A stretch of DNA of 63,944 nt, the filler included, from Octopus bimaculoides (taxonomy: Eukaryota): NCBI RefSeq assembly GCF_001194135.2. It is 6 parts of 6 records of this genome, joined end to end, with 100 filler letters (N's around TTAATTAATTAA, not from the genome) between each part and the next. Parts side by side here need not be neighbours in the genome. Positions count along the whole stretch, not along the records: positions 5,341 to 32,797 come from NC_069004.1; positions 32,898 to 46,881 come from NC_068988.1; 4 more parts are not named here. One strand, written 5' to 3'. Position 1 is the stretch's first letter. Every line of letters starts with the position of its first letter. This document shows positions 22,051 to 33,075 of this stretch, piece after piece. The position numbers and the translations under genes are program-made. The notes under the pieces are model-generated. The model saw only the letters and a program-made list of their open reading frames with translations. It ran no database searches and was not told the DNA's origin.

Positions 22051-22442
22051 ATTATCACCTCCACCTTCGCTAAGGCGAAGGTATTGTTTTCAGTCGCGTT
22101 TGTTTGTTTGTTTGTTTGCTTGTTTGTCCGTGGACAAGATATCTCGAGAACCGCTGGATGGATTCGGATGAAACTTTCAGGGATGTTTGGCCTCGTGACT
22201 GGCACGAATTGATTAGAGTTTCAGATCGATCCGGTACCTGACAAAGATTCTAGATGATATTTCCTGTTTTTCTTTTTTACTTAATTTTTGAGAGCGGTCG
22301 GGTTCATTTTTAGTATTCTCGTTCGTGAGAGCAGTCGAGTTTATTTCAGATATTCTCATTTTAAAAATCATCACCGGCTAATCGTTGAGAGGACATTGGT
22401 GTCGCCCTGGCAGAGGTTTGCGCTCTCTGAGTGTTCTTGTTT
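22051..22442 (+). mobile_element. DINE-1/HINE-like non-autonomous Helentron derivative
   Basis: 5' ATCACCTCCACC with a nearby inverted GGCGAAGGT, a (TTTG)n microsatellite, the ATATCTC core, and a 3' subterminal GGCAGAGGT followed by a short hairpin and a T-rich end. Confidence 0.7.
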
Positions 22443-23010
22443 ATAATCCTTTCTTTCTACTAAAGGCATAAAGCCTGAAATTTGCGGGGATGGGATTAGT
22501 CGATTACATCGATCCCAGTACTTGNNNNNNNNNNNNNNNNNNNNNNNNNNNNNNNNNNNNNNNNNNNNNNNNNNNNNNNNNNNNNNNNNNNNNNNNNNNN
22601 NNNNNNNNNNNNNNNNNNNNNNNNNNNNNNNNNNNNNNNNNNNNNNNNNNNNNNNNNNNNNNNNNNNNNNNNNNNNNNNNNNNNNNNNNNNNNNNNNNNN
22701 NNNNNNNNNNNNNNNNNNNNNNNNNNNNNNNNNNNNNNNNNNNNNNNNNNNNNNNNNNNNNNNNNNNNNNNNNNNNNNNNNNNNNNNNNNNNNNNNNNNN
22801 NNNNNNNNNNNNNNNNNNNNNNNNNNNNNNNNNNNNAGAATACACTTGCCCAAGGTGCCACGCAGTGGGACAGAACCCGGAAGCTTCTTACCACACAGCT
22901 ATATCTGTTACGATAAATGTCTGTGCGCTTAGCACTGCACGTTTATACGAGGACCTCTCAAGGCGAATACCGCAGTATTCGGCGTTCTAACATGACATCC
23001 ATGCTTTTTA

Positions 23011-23047
<37 letters not shown>

Positions 23048-23524
23048 GAAACTATTCTCTTAGAAAATCTCTGTTCGAGATAGAAGTAGTATACGAACCA
23101 AAATGTATTGATTATGGCCACTTTAATGTGGTTGTCTAAGAGACGACAATACTGTCATTTAACTCGAGGAAGACATCTCCAGCTGGCTAATTCAGTGGAT
23201 ATTTATTGCCAGCGGGAGATAACTCCTGCTACCCTAGCTTTAAGACCACCAAACCACGTGGTTTCGATCCGTCATGGATCTGCTCAGTGGTGGGTACTCG
23301 TTGCCAGGCATGGCTGCAGTTTTTACTTCGCTTGCTATATATAGAAAACACAGTGTCATGCAAATCACTGACTTTGTAACTAGGAAACTAATCCGTTAGA
23401 AAATCTCTCTTCGAGATTGAAGCCGTATACCCACCGCCGACGGTTCTACTTGCTCACCACTTCCCCTCCCCTTCTGACAACAACAACAACAACAACAATA
23501 GTAATAACAACAATAATAATAATA

Positions 23525-23740
23525 ATCCTTTCTACAGAAAGCACAAGGCCTAAAATTTGGTGAGAGGGGACCAGTCGATTACATTCACACCAGTGTTTCA
23601 CCGATACTTATTTAATCGACCCCGAAAGGATAAAAGGCAGAGTCGACCTCGGCAGAATATGAACTCAAAACGTAAGGACAGACGAAAAGCCGCAAAGCAT
23701 TTCGCCCGGCATGCTAACGATTCCACCAACTCACGACTTT
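23525..23740 (-). mobile_element. tRNA-derived SINE with a conserved central domain (Nin-like)
   Basis: Contains ATCGACCCCGAAAGGATAAAAGGCAGAGTCGACCTCGGCAGAAT. Copies lie at 34625, 62495 and 63355. The domain name is from recall. Confidence 0.75.
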
Positions 23741-24858
23741 TGTAATAAAGATACTAATGATTTCAAACTTTAACACAAGGCCAGCAGTTTCGGGGTAAGA
23801 GAGCAAAAGTCGATTGCATCAACCCCAGTTTTCAACTGGTACTTATGTTATTAACCCCGAAATGATAAAAGGCAAAAATCGACGACCTCGGTGGAATTCG
23901 AACCCAGGACATACAGAACCAGAAGAGATATTGTCAAGCATTTAGTCTCGACTCTCCAATCAATCCTTCATTACACCCACAGAATGGTAATTTTATGCTC
24001 AAACATCTACCAAGTCGCTTTGATGTGAGAACTGAGTGAGTGTATGGAAGATCAATTGACAAGCAATGACTCGTGTCTAATGGCTGCCAAGCGCTTGTTT
24101 CTCGCAGAATCCATATTGTCAGGTGGATGTGTTGGATTGGATTGAGTTCTTGGTTTTTAGTCGTGGAATGTTTTTTAAAAAAATTGTGATTACAGAACAT
24201 GTCGAGGACGGAGTGAAAGAAGATTTGTTTTTCACCCAAAATATATAGAGAGAAATGAAGCAGTTATTGATCACTGGATCCAAAATAGTGGTNNNNNNNN
24301 NNNNNNNNNNNNNNNNNNNNNNNNNNNNNNNNNNNNNNNNNNNNNNNNNNNNNNNNNNNNNNNNNNNNNNNNNNNNNNNNNNNNNNNNNNNNNNNNNNNN
24401 NNNNNNNNNNNNNNNNNNNNNNNNNNNNNNNNNNNNNNNNNNNNNNNNNNNNNNNNNNNNNNNNNNNNNNNNNNNNNNNNNNNNNNNNNNNNNNNNNNNN
24501 NNNNNNNNNNNNNNNNNNNNNNNNNNNNNNNNNNNNNNNNNNNNNNNNNNNNNNNNNNNNNNNNNNNNNNNNNNNNNNNNNNNNNNNNNNNNNNNNNNNN
24601 NNNNNNNNNNNNNNNNNNNNAATATCATGGTTTGATGCTCATGATACTCGCGCATGTCCATATATATATAAATACGATATATAACATTTATCAAAAGCGC
24701 TGAACATACGTTTGTTTGTCTTTGTAGTTCATATTCATCTATATGCAACTGGCCACTCTGAGTTTTTTTTTTTTTCTCTCATTTTCGTTTAATCTATGCA
24801 AATTACTGGGCCATAAATATATTCTATTACGTTTTGTGTATATATCTGTTTCGTTTTT

Positions 24859-25147
24859 CTGGAGATAAGGTAAAGCAACTGAAGCTCTGATGAGGCTTGC
24901 TGAGGTAGAAACATGTTCACTCTGTCCTCTTGTCTCTGGACTCTAGCCAGCAGACTCTCTTTTTCTCAATGACATCTCAATTTTGAAGAATCTCCTGGAG
25001 ATAAGGTAAAGCAACTGAAGCGCTGATAAGGTTTGTTGAGGTACAAACACGTGTCCACTGCTGTTCTCTTTTCTCCGGTCTCCAGACAATCAAACTGTCT
25101 TTTCCTTAATGGTATGTCAATTTTGAAGAATTCTTCGTTTTGGAGAT
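24859..25147 (+). repeat. Diverged tandem repeat with ~136-140 bp units carrying hammerhead-like motifs
   Basis: CTGGAGATAAGGTAAAGCAACTGAAG starts at 24859 and 24995, and both units end TCAATTTTGAAGAA. A third start (TGGAGAT) lies at 25141. Confidence 0.85.
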
Positions 25148-26403
25148 TGTCACTTCTCATTTGGAGCTGGTCTCAGTTACCACCAAACGATTGTTCTATC
25201 TTCTCTCGAAGAGGAGGAGATTTCAGTAATTTATGAATTCATCTTGGATTGTATCTAATGTGCCCCTTTCCACGTTTTCTTCTTGAAATACACATCACTA
25301 GCCTGCTTGAGTTATTTCTCTTAGCTTATTTTGTATAATTGTTTTGTGTGTGTGTGTGCATGTGCGCGTGAATGTGTGTATGTGTATGAGTATGTGTGTG
25401 TATGTAAGTGTATGTAATAGATGTATGTATATTTATATATGTATGTGTATGTGTGTGTGTGTATATCTATTTAATACAGAAGACAACGGACGAAATTGTG
25501 ACACTCCACCCAGTATGTGTGTGTGTGTAAGTGTGTGTATCTATATATACGTGTATATATATGTATATTATATGTATACATGTGTATATGTACACTTATA
25601 TGTATATAAGTAAGTATGAATGTTATATGCAAAAATACGTAATTTCCATTGAATTTCGAACACTGATTAATAGGAATGTCGCCACACAATCTACCCCCCA
25701 CACACCCCCACCCCGCACACACACAACACACACATACACTCACCTTCAATGTACTACCTTCGTTTGAACTCCGGTCTAAAGCATTATTCGATTCCATCAT
25801 TTATTGATAACATATTGATTTTGATCTTACGACCGTCTGCTTGAAATCTGTGTAAAAAAAATAGAAAGTAAAAGAAACAACAAAAGCAAAATATTAGAAG
25901 ATAAAGTGACAAAATTAGGGGAAGAAAGTGTGTGTGAATGGGAGAGAGAGAGAAAGAGTCAGAAAGAAATGAGGGATAGAAAGAGCAAAGCAAAGAGAAT
26001 GAAACGGAGAAAGGAAAAGAAAACAAAAGAAAAAAAAGAGAACAGAGAAATAATATTATTTTGTTGTACAAGGAAAAATTAGCAAATGTCAATCCGATCA
26101 GTGTAGCCATGGCGAAAACATCCTATTGGACGAAAACAAACACATTAATATTATATAGCACAGTAGAGTCAACAGCATGGCAAACAGCAATGGGTTAAGA
26201 AGAGAACAAGGACAAACATAAAAATCCAACTAATCAACTTCACCAGTTATTCCTATCTCCAGGAAAGAAACTGGGTAAAATATATGTACCTGTGGAGGCA
26301 CAGTTCACCATTCATTTTTTTTTTTTTAACTTGTTTCAGTCATTGAACCGCTGGCCATGCTGGGAGACGGCCTTGAACGGTTTTTTCAAATGAATGATCC
26401 TAG

Positions 26404-26463
<60 letters not shown>

Positions 26464-27130
26464 NNNNNNNNNNNNNNNNNNNNNNNNNNNNNNNNNNNNN
26501 NNNNNNNNNNNNNNNNNNNNNNNNNNNNNNNNNNNNNNNNNNNNNNNNNNNNNNNNNNNNNNNNNNNNNNNNNNNNNNNNNNNNNNNNNNNNNNNNNNNN
26601 NNNNNNNNNNNNNNNNNNNNNNNNNNNNNNNNNNNNNNNNNNNNNNNNNNNNNNNNNNNNNNNNNNNNNNNNNNNNNNNNNNNNNNNNNNNNNNNNNNNN
26701 NNNNNNNNNNNNNNNNNNNNNNNNNNNNNNNNNNNNNNNNNNNNNNNNNNNNNNNNNNNNNNNNNNNNNNNNNNNNNNNNNNNNNNNNNNNNNNNNNNNN
26801 NNNNNNNNNNNNNNNNNNNNNNNNNNNNNNNNNNNNNNNNNNNNNNNNNNNNNNNNNNNNNNNNNNNNNNNNNNNNNNNNNNNNNNNNNNNNNNNNNNNN
26901 NNNNNNNNNNNNNNNNNNNNNNNNNNNNNNNNNNNNNNNNNNNNNNNNNNNNNNNNNNNNNNNNNNNNNNNNNNNNNNNNNNNNNNAAAGCAATCAAAGA
27001 CAAAAAAAAACAAGTGTCCAAATGACGTTCACAGTTAATAATATGTTGACTTTCAAAGAAGGAAACATTGTTACAGAGTAAACTTTACAGAGTAGATCTA
27101 TAACGTTTCGGACATGGCCCGTCGTATATA

Positions 27131-27870
27131 CAGGGTGTCCCCCAAAAAATGTACCCATTTAAATGACAATTAATTCAGTGCTCACTGACTTAGAAACAAG
27201 ATTAATGTAATGCTTCAAATTTACAAATACATGGTCAAAAAATGCACTCACTCTTTTAAATGAGAATAGATACATTGTTTATTGGCAATGATTAATGGTT
27301 AAACGCAGAATAGATAAATGCATTTTAAAAAATGTTCAAACTGACGACCACTGCTCTCCAAGCACAACCGATACCGCGGACCAATGGATTCAAAAACGTT
27401 ACGAATCATTTTATTTGGAATCGTGAGAGATAGTCTTTCAATTTCCTCTCTCAGCTCTTCGACTGTTGCTGGTTTTGGACGGTAAACTTTATCTTTGAGA
27501 TATCCCCATAAAACGAAGTCCGTTGGAGTGAAGTCTGGTGAATGCGCAGGATATTCAACATTGCCTCTTCGCCCAATCCATCTGTTCGGAAAAGTTGCAT
27601 CGAGGTAGGTTCTTGCATCACAGTAGTAGAGAGGGAAGGTGCTCCATCTTGCTGAAAATAAATTTCTTCATCAGCAAACAGTTCTTGGACAAATGAAACG
27701 ACGGATTCCTGCAACAAGTTTCCCCATTGACAGTTTGGTCAAAAGAGAATGGCCGTAGGATGCCCAATGCTGATATTCCATACCACTCTGTGACACCTGG
27801 TAAGTTCAAATGGTGTTCCACAGTAACATGCGGGTTTTCAAGAGCCCAGTAGGAGTAACTGTGACGGTGG
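27131..27870 (-). mobile_element. Tc1/mariner DD41D (rosa-type) transposon 3' half with right TIR, frameshifted
   Basis: TA|CAGGGTGTCCC TIR. The repaired frame YFQQDGAP..YYCDARTYLDATFPNRWIGRRGNVEYPAHSPDFTPTDFVLWGYLKDKVY has 41 residues between the second and third Asp, and the protein ends GRQFEHFL. Confidence 0.85.
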
Positions 27871-27879
27871 AAGCTTAGT

Positions 27880-28430
27880 TGCTCCGAGCCGCGAGTTTGG
27901 TGTCAATGAATTTATCATTCGTTCCATTTTCGGATCGTAAAGATACACCCATTTTTCATCCTCTGTCAGAAGATCCGCGAAAAACGTGTCTTCACATTGG
28001 CTTCAAACTATTCTGGCAGATCAGCCTATCTCCTTCACGAGTAGACTTCCAGTTTTCCCTCCTTTAAAATCGAGTGTCTTTTGTTGAGGTACTCACTTTC
28101 CACACATTTTCCAGACTTTTACCTTCTTCTCTAATGTATTGTGGCCGCAGTCTTGGTGTACAGCAAACTGCCGGATTGTGACATGTCTGTCTACGTGATT
28201 CAATTCACCCACCTGTTGATGATTCGTGTCAATGGTCGCAGCTGATGGTGTCCTACTCCGTGGTTTAACTTCAGTTATGGTTTCCACTTCTTTAAACTTC
28301 TTCATCCATCTGTGAACATTGTTCTTATCGATGGTGCCATCGTCTTAAAACAACATGCAGCCGTCTGCGGATGATTGACGCCTTACCCTACTCTTTAGTC
28401 AAGAACGCAACGGCGACACGTTGCTCTTGT
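27880..28430 (-). mobile_element. Mariner (DD34D-type) transposase 5' half, decayed
   Basis: Reads KQEQRVAVAFLTKE...NVHRWMKKFKE...KPRS..PS...DRHVTIRQ...LTEDEKWVYLYDPK (HTH plus the first catalytic motif). Confidence 0.8.
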
Positions 28431-28919
28431 TTGGAACCCGTTATTTGTCTGCTTGTAAATAACTCTCTGTACAGTCATGTGTGTGCGCGCGCGTCTGTAT
28501 GCACGTGAGTGTGAATGTGTGTAAGTCTGTGTGTGTGTATGCGTGTGAATGTGTGTATGAGGCTGTGAGTGTATGTGTGTGTACGCGCGAGAGAGAGAGA
28601 GAAAGAGAGGGTGCGTGGGAGTGCGTGTACACACAGCGCTATGTTTCTGAAGCTCTGCCGAAGCTGTAAGGTAATACACAAGCACACGACTCTGAGTGCA
28701 TTGTATCTTACAGTAGAAACGTCTGTAAGCTAATGAAATACATAGCATAATTTCTAGTTGCTCCGTCATTTATGTAATTTTCCATATATAGATACACAGA
28801 CATGACAGAAGTAAATAGACACCACATAGAACATCGTTTTATGTTTATTTTAAATTGAAAAAGGTTTATACTTTTTATTAATTGACATTTTTATGTTTCA
28901 GGTTCTATATGTGGCTGTT

Positions 28920-29115
28920 TAATCATGCCACGTACAAAAGAAGCCTTGGAACAGTCAAATTTCAAAGAGGCCGTATTGCGGGTCAATCTGAAGGTGGACC
29001 TGGTCAGCGTAAAACAGCAAGAAACATTGGGATCCCGCTTTCTAAAGTTAATAGAGTGATTGTGCAATTCGCCAGAGAGGATGGAGTCCACATCACCTCG
29101 CCCAGGTCGACCAGG
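28920..29115 (+). mobile_element. Tc1-like transposase 5' fragment
   Basis: Reads MPRTKE...[39 protein letters not shown]...TSPRPGRP (paired-like HTH). Confidence 0.75.
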
Positions 29116-29134
29116 GCCCTATATATTTCTGTCC

Positions 29135-29345
29135 GGCAGTCGCCATGATAGATCGCTGACCACGACATTCAAATTTTTTTTTCTCCGTGTTTTTCTCCTT
29201 GTTTTTCTCCTTATTCTTTCTGTTGAAGAGCGTAGCTCGAAACGTTAAAGACTTTCTCTATTCCCAAGCGTTAAACTAATACATCCTTTTGTTGTTTACT
29301 CCACTTGTCCTCGTCTGTTGTTGTTTGTTTCGTAAATTCTCCCAT
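29135..29345 (+). mobile_element. Penelope-like terminal repeat fragment with a minimal hammerhead motif
   Basis: TCTTT-CTGTTGA-A-GAGC GTA GCTC-GAAACGT-T-AAAGA at 29215-29251. A related copy lies at 33004-33040. Confidence 0.6.
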
Positions 29346-29838
29346 ATATNNNNNNNNNNNNNNNNNNNNNNNNNNNNNNNNNNNNNNNNNNNNNNNNNNN
29401 NNNNNNNNNNNNNNNNNNNNNNNNNNNNNNNNNNNNNNNNNNNNNNNNNNNNNNNNNNNNNNNNNNNNNNNNNNNNNNNNNNNNNNNNNNNNNNNNNNNN
29501 NNNNNNNNNNNNNNNNNNNNNNNNNNNNNNNNNNNNNNNNNNNNNNNNNNNNNNNNNNNNNNNNNNNNNNNNNNNNNNNNNNNNNNNNNNNNNNNNNNNN
29601 NNNNNNNNNNNNNNNNNNNNNNNNNNNNNNNNNNNNNNNNNNNNNNNNNNNNNNNNNNNNNNNNNNNNNNNNNNNNNNNNNNNNNNNNNNNNNNNNNNNN
29701 NNNNNNNNNNNNNNNNNNNNNNNNNNNNNNNNNNNNNNNNNNNGACGGCGATGGGGAGGAAGCGACACCCGTCAGATGATGTGACGCCGAATCGTGTGCT
29801 CTTTAGAAAACATAAACTGTATACTGACTAGAATTCTA

Positions 29839-29895
<57 letters not shown>

Positions 29896-30138
29896 CTGTG
29901 TGTATGTATGTGTATGTGTGTGCGTTTGTGTGTATGTGTGTGTGAGTGTCTATGTATGTACTCTCAGAAACAAGCATATAGGTATATATATATGTCTACA
30001 GACATGCATCTTTCTATCTCTCTATCTCTCTATCTGTCTGTCTGTCTGTCTTCTATCTATTTATCAATCTGTCTGTCTCTCTATTTATCTATCTACCTAA
30101 AAATCTCTCTGTCCATCACCTGTCTGTCTACCTATCCG

Positions 30139-30172
<34 letters not shown>

Positions 30173-30330
30173 CCTATCTATCTATCTATCTATCTATCTA
30201 TCTCTCTGTCTTTCTGTCTGTCAGTTTGTCTGTCTGTCTACGTGTCTGTCCGTTTGTTTTCGTTTTTCTTTCTGAGTATGTGATGCATATATTTTGTGTA
30301 TACATGAGTATCTATCTATTACTCTCTGTA

Positions 30331-30375
<45 letters not shown>

Positions 30376-31500
30376 TACACACACTCCATCTATTTATCTA
30401 TACACGCAAACACACACACATACACTCACGCATGACAACATACGTAATGCCAGCTTGCACATTCGAACAGATTTCAAATTCTTCTCTGGAGGATGCTCGA
30501 AGCTGGAACATATTCTTTTCTNNNNNNNNNNNNNNNNNNNNNNNNNNNNNNNNNNNNNNNNNNNNNNNNNNNNNNNNNNNNNNNNNNNNNNNNNNNNNNN
30601 NNNNNNNNNNNNNNNNNNNNNNNNNNNNNNNNNNNNNNNNNNNNNNNNNNNNNNNNNNNNNNNNNNNNNNNNNNNNNNNNNNNNNNNNNNNNNNNNNNNN
30701 NNNNNNNNNNNNNNNNNNNNNNNNNNNNNNNNNNNNNNNNNNNNNNNNNNNNNNNNNNNNNNNNNNNNNNNNNNNNNNNNNNNNNNNNNNNNNNNNNNNN
30801 NNNNNNNNNNNNNNNNNNNNNNNNNNNNNNNNNNNNNNNNNNNNNNNNNNNNNNNNNNNNNNNNNNNNNNNNNNNNNNNNNNNNNNNNNNNNNNNNNNNN
30901 NNNNNNNNNNNNNNNNNNNNNNNNNNNNNNNNNNNNNNNNNNNNNNNNNNNNNNNNNNNNNNNNNNNNNNNNNNNNNNNNNNNNNNNNNNNNNNNNNNNN
31001 NNNNNNNNNNNNNNNNNNNNNNNNNNNNNNNNNNNNNNNNNNNNNNNNNNNNNNNNNNNNNNNNNNNNNNNNNNNNNNNNNNNNNNNNNNNNNNNNNNNN
31101 NNNNNNNNNNNNNNNNNNNNNNNNNNNNNNNNNNNNNNNNNNNNNNNNNNNNNNNNNNNNNNNNNNNNNNNNNNNNNNNNNNNNNNNNNNNNNNNNNNNN
31201 NNNNNNNNNNNNNNNNNNNNNNNNNNNNNNNNNNNNNNNNNNNNNNNNNNNNNNNNNNNNNNNNNNNNNNNNNNNNNNNNNNNNNNNNNNNNNNNNNNNN
31301 NNNNNNNNNNNNNNNNNNNNNNNNNNNNNNNNNNNNNNNNNNNNNNNNNNNNNNNNNNNNNNNNNNNNNNNNNNNNNNNNNNNNNNNNNNNNNNNNNNNN
31401 NNNNNNNNNNNNNNNNNNNNNNNNNNNNNNNNNNNNNNNNNNNNNNNNNNNNNNGTGGAATGGGGGTACTATTGAACAGGGATAGAAGCTGTGCAAAAGC

Positions 31501-31553
<53 letters not shown>

Positions 31554-32085
31554 TCTTATGTTATACCAGGCACTGGCTCTCATGGCTTCCCATCTTAACT
31601 GATTTGAAGTGTTACCATGAACATGTTTTGTCTTGGCGCAAAAAATGCTCAACACCACAAATTTGCTTGTCAGTTGCTTGACCTTAACAAGCTGAGCATG
31701 TCCCTTAATGGATGATGTTATGTGCATCTCTGATCACGAGCAGAAGTAGTGGGGAAGCATCATAGCCATGTGTTGAGAGGAATTCGTTGGGGTTTGAATA
31801 ATTGACCTTTCGTAGCATGAGCGTTTCGTTCAACATCCTTAAACAACCGTTATTCAGGGACCTTTTGAGCAGGATGGGTCACTCAACCTGAAGAAAATTC
31901 TAACTGGGCCCCACCTGCAAGGTTATGCACTGTTAATCTTGATATGAGATCACCATATCGCGCACATATGGTTGTGATGCATGTGCCTGGTGTACCCTTA
32001 TCAGACGGGTAGTCATGATAGGTACACTGGGCTTCGTATATTTGTACCTCAGTCGTCTTTGATGACATGCACTACACTCTCACTC

Positions 32086-32148
<63 letters not shown>

Positions 32149-32797
32149 TTATTGTTTTATAACCACAAGAGCTCACATACAAAAGCATTTAATAACATAA
32201 AACAACGTAAAAACAAAAAAATGGGACGATACAATGGGTTTTCCGCGTGTAAACAATAAACATAACAATAAAAAGATGAAACAAATTAAAAACCCCAATA
32301 GGAGAGGCGCTTTAAGGTCCTCGTGCGAAAAATCCACAGAAGCCACGGGTGCCTGATCAACAGGACAAGAGCCCTTCTCCCTTAATTTTTTCACAGGTGC
32401 ACGCTCAGAATTGGTTCTTTCATACTGGCCATTATTCCAACATTCACCCACCTTTCAACAAACTTGCTACAAGGCAACACTTCCTTCTCCACCCTCAACT
32501 CCCTTTTCAAGTGAAACTTGAAAAAGTTGATGAGGGCTTTGGCCAAAGAGGAAAATGTCTGTCTTCAGCCCTTTCAAACGGGTCCACCGCACTACTTCTT
32601 TCGCTACAGCCACTAGACAAATAAAAGTTGCCTGCCCCTCTCGACTAAAATAGAGCGGCGGGGCAATCTTCACAATGGATTCAGCTGAGAGCCGGATCCA
32701 TCCTATACGCGACAGTAGGTGTCCAACATAAACCCAAAGGTCAGCAATACTCGGGCACTGGGCTAGGGTGCGCAGAACAGTTTCATCGTTCTGGTGC
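32149..32797 (-). mobile_element. Tx1/L1-type LINE 3' end
   Basis: The repaired frame reads FICLVAVAKEVVRWTRLKG...GQSLINFFKFHLKRELRVEKEVL...FVERW. It ends in AATAAA followed by (TTA)n. Confidence 0.6.
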
Positions 32798-32897
32798 NNN
32801 NNNNNNNNNNNNNNNNNNNNNNNNNNNNNNNNNNNNNNNNNTTAATTAATTAANNNNNNNNNNNNNNNNNNNNNNNNNNNNNNNNNNNNNNNNNNNN

Positions 32898-32937
<40 letters not shown>

Positions 32938-32984
32938 ACTACACACGTGCTTTTTTTTGGTGGGGGGGACATTTTTCTTTTTCT

Positions 32985-33075
32985 CCGAGTTGTTCCTTAC
33001 TCCTGTTTCTGACGAAGATCCATGCTCGAAACATTAATCACCCACTCTTTTTCTATCTTGTACTGAGCGTCAACC
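32985..33075 (+). mobile_element. Penelope-like terminal fragment with a hammerhead core
   Basis: TGTTT-CTGACGA-A-GATC CAT GCTC-GAAACAT-T-AATCA. Confidence 0.5.

Noticed and set aside
29775-29810. CAGATGATG...CCGAATCGTGT as another hammerhead
   Set aside because: Both core halves are mutated and I could not find convincing stems I and II.
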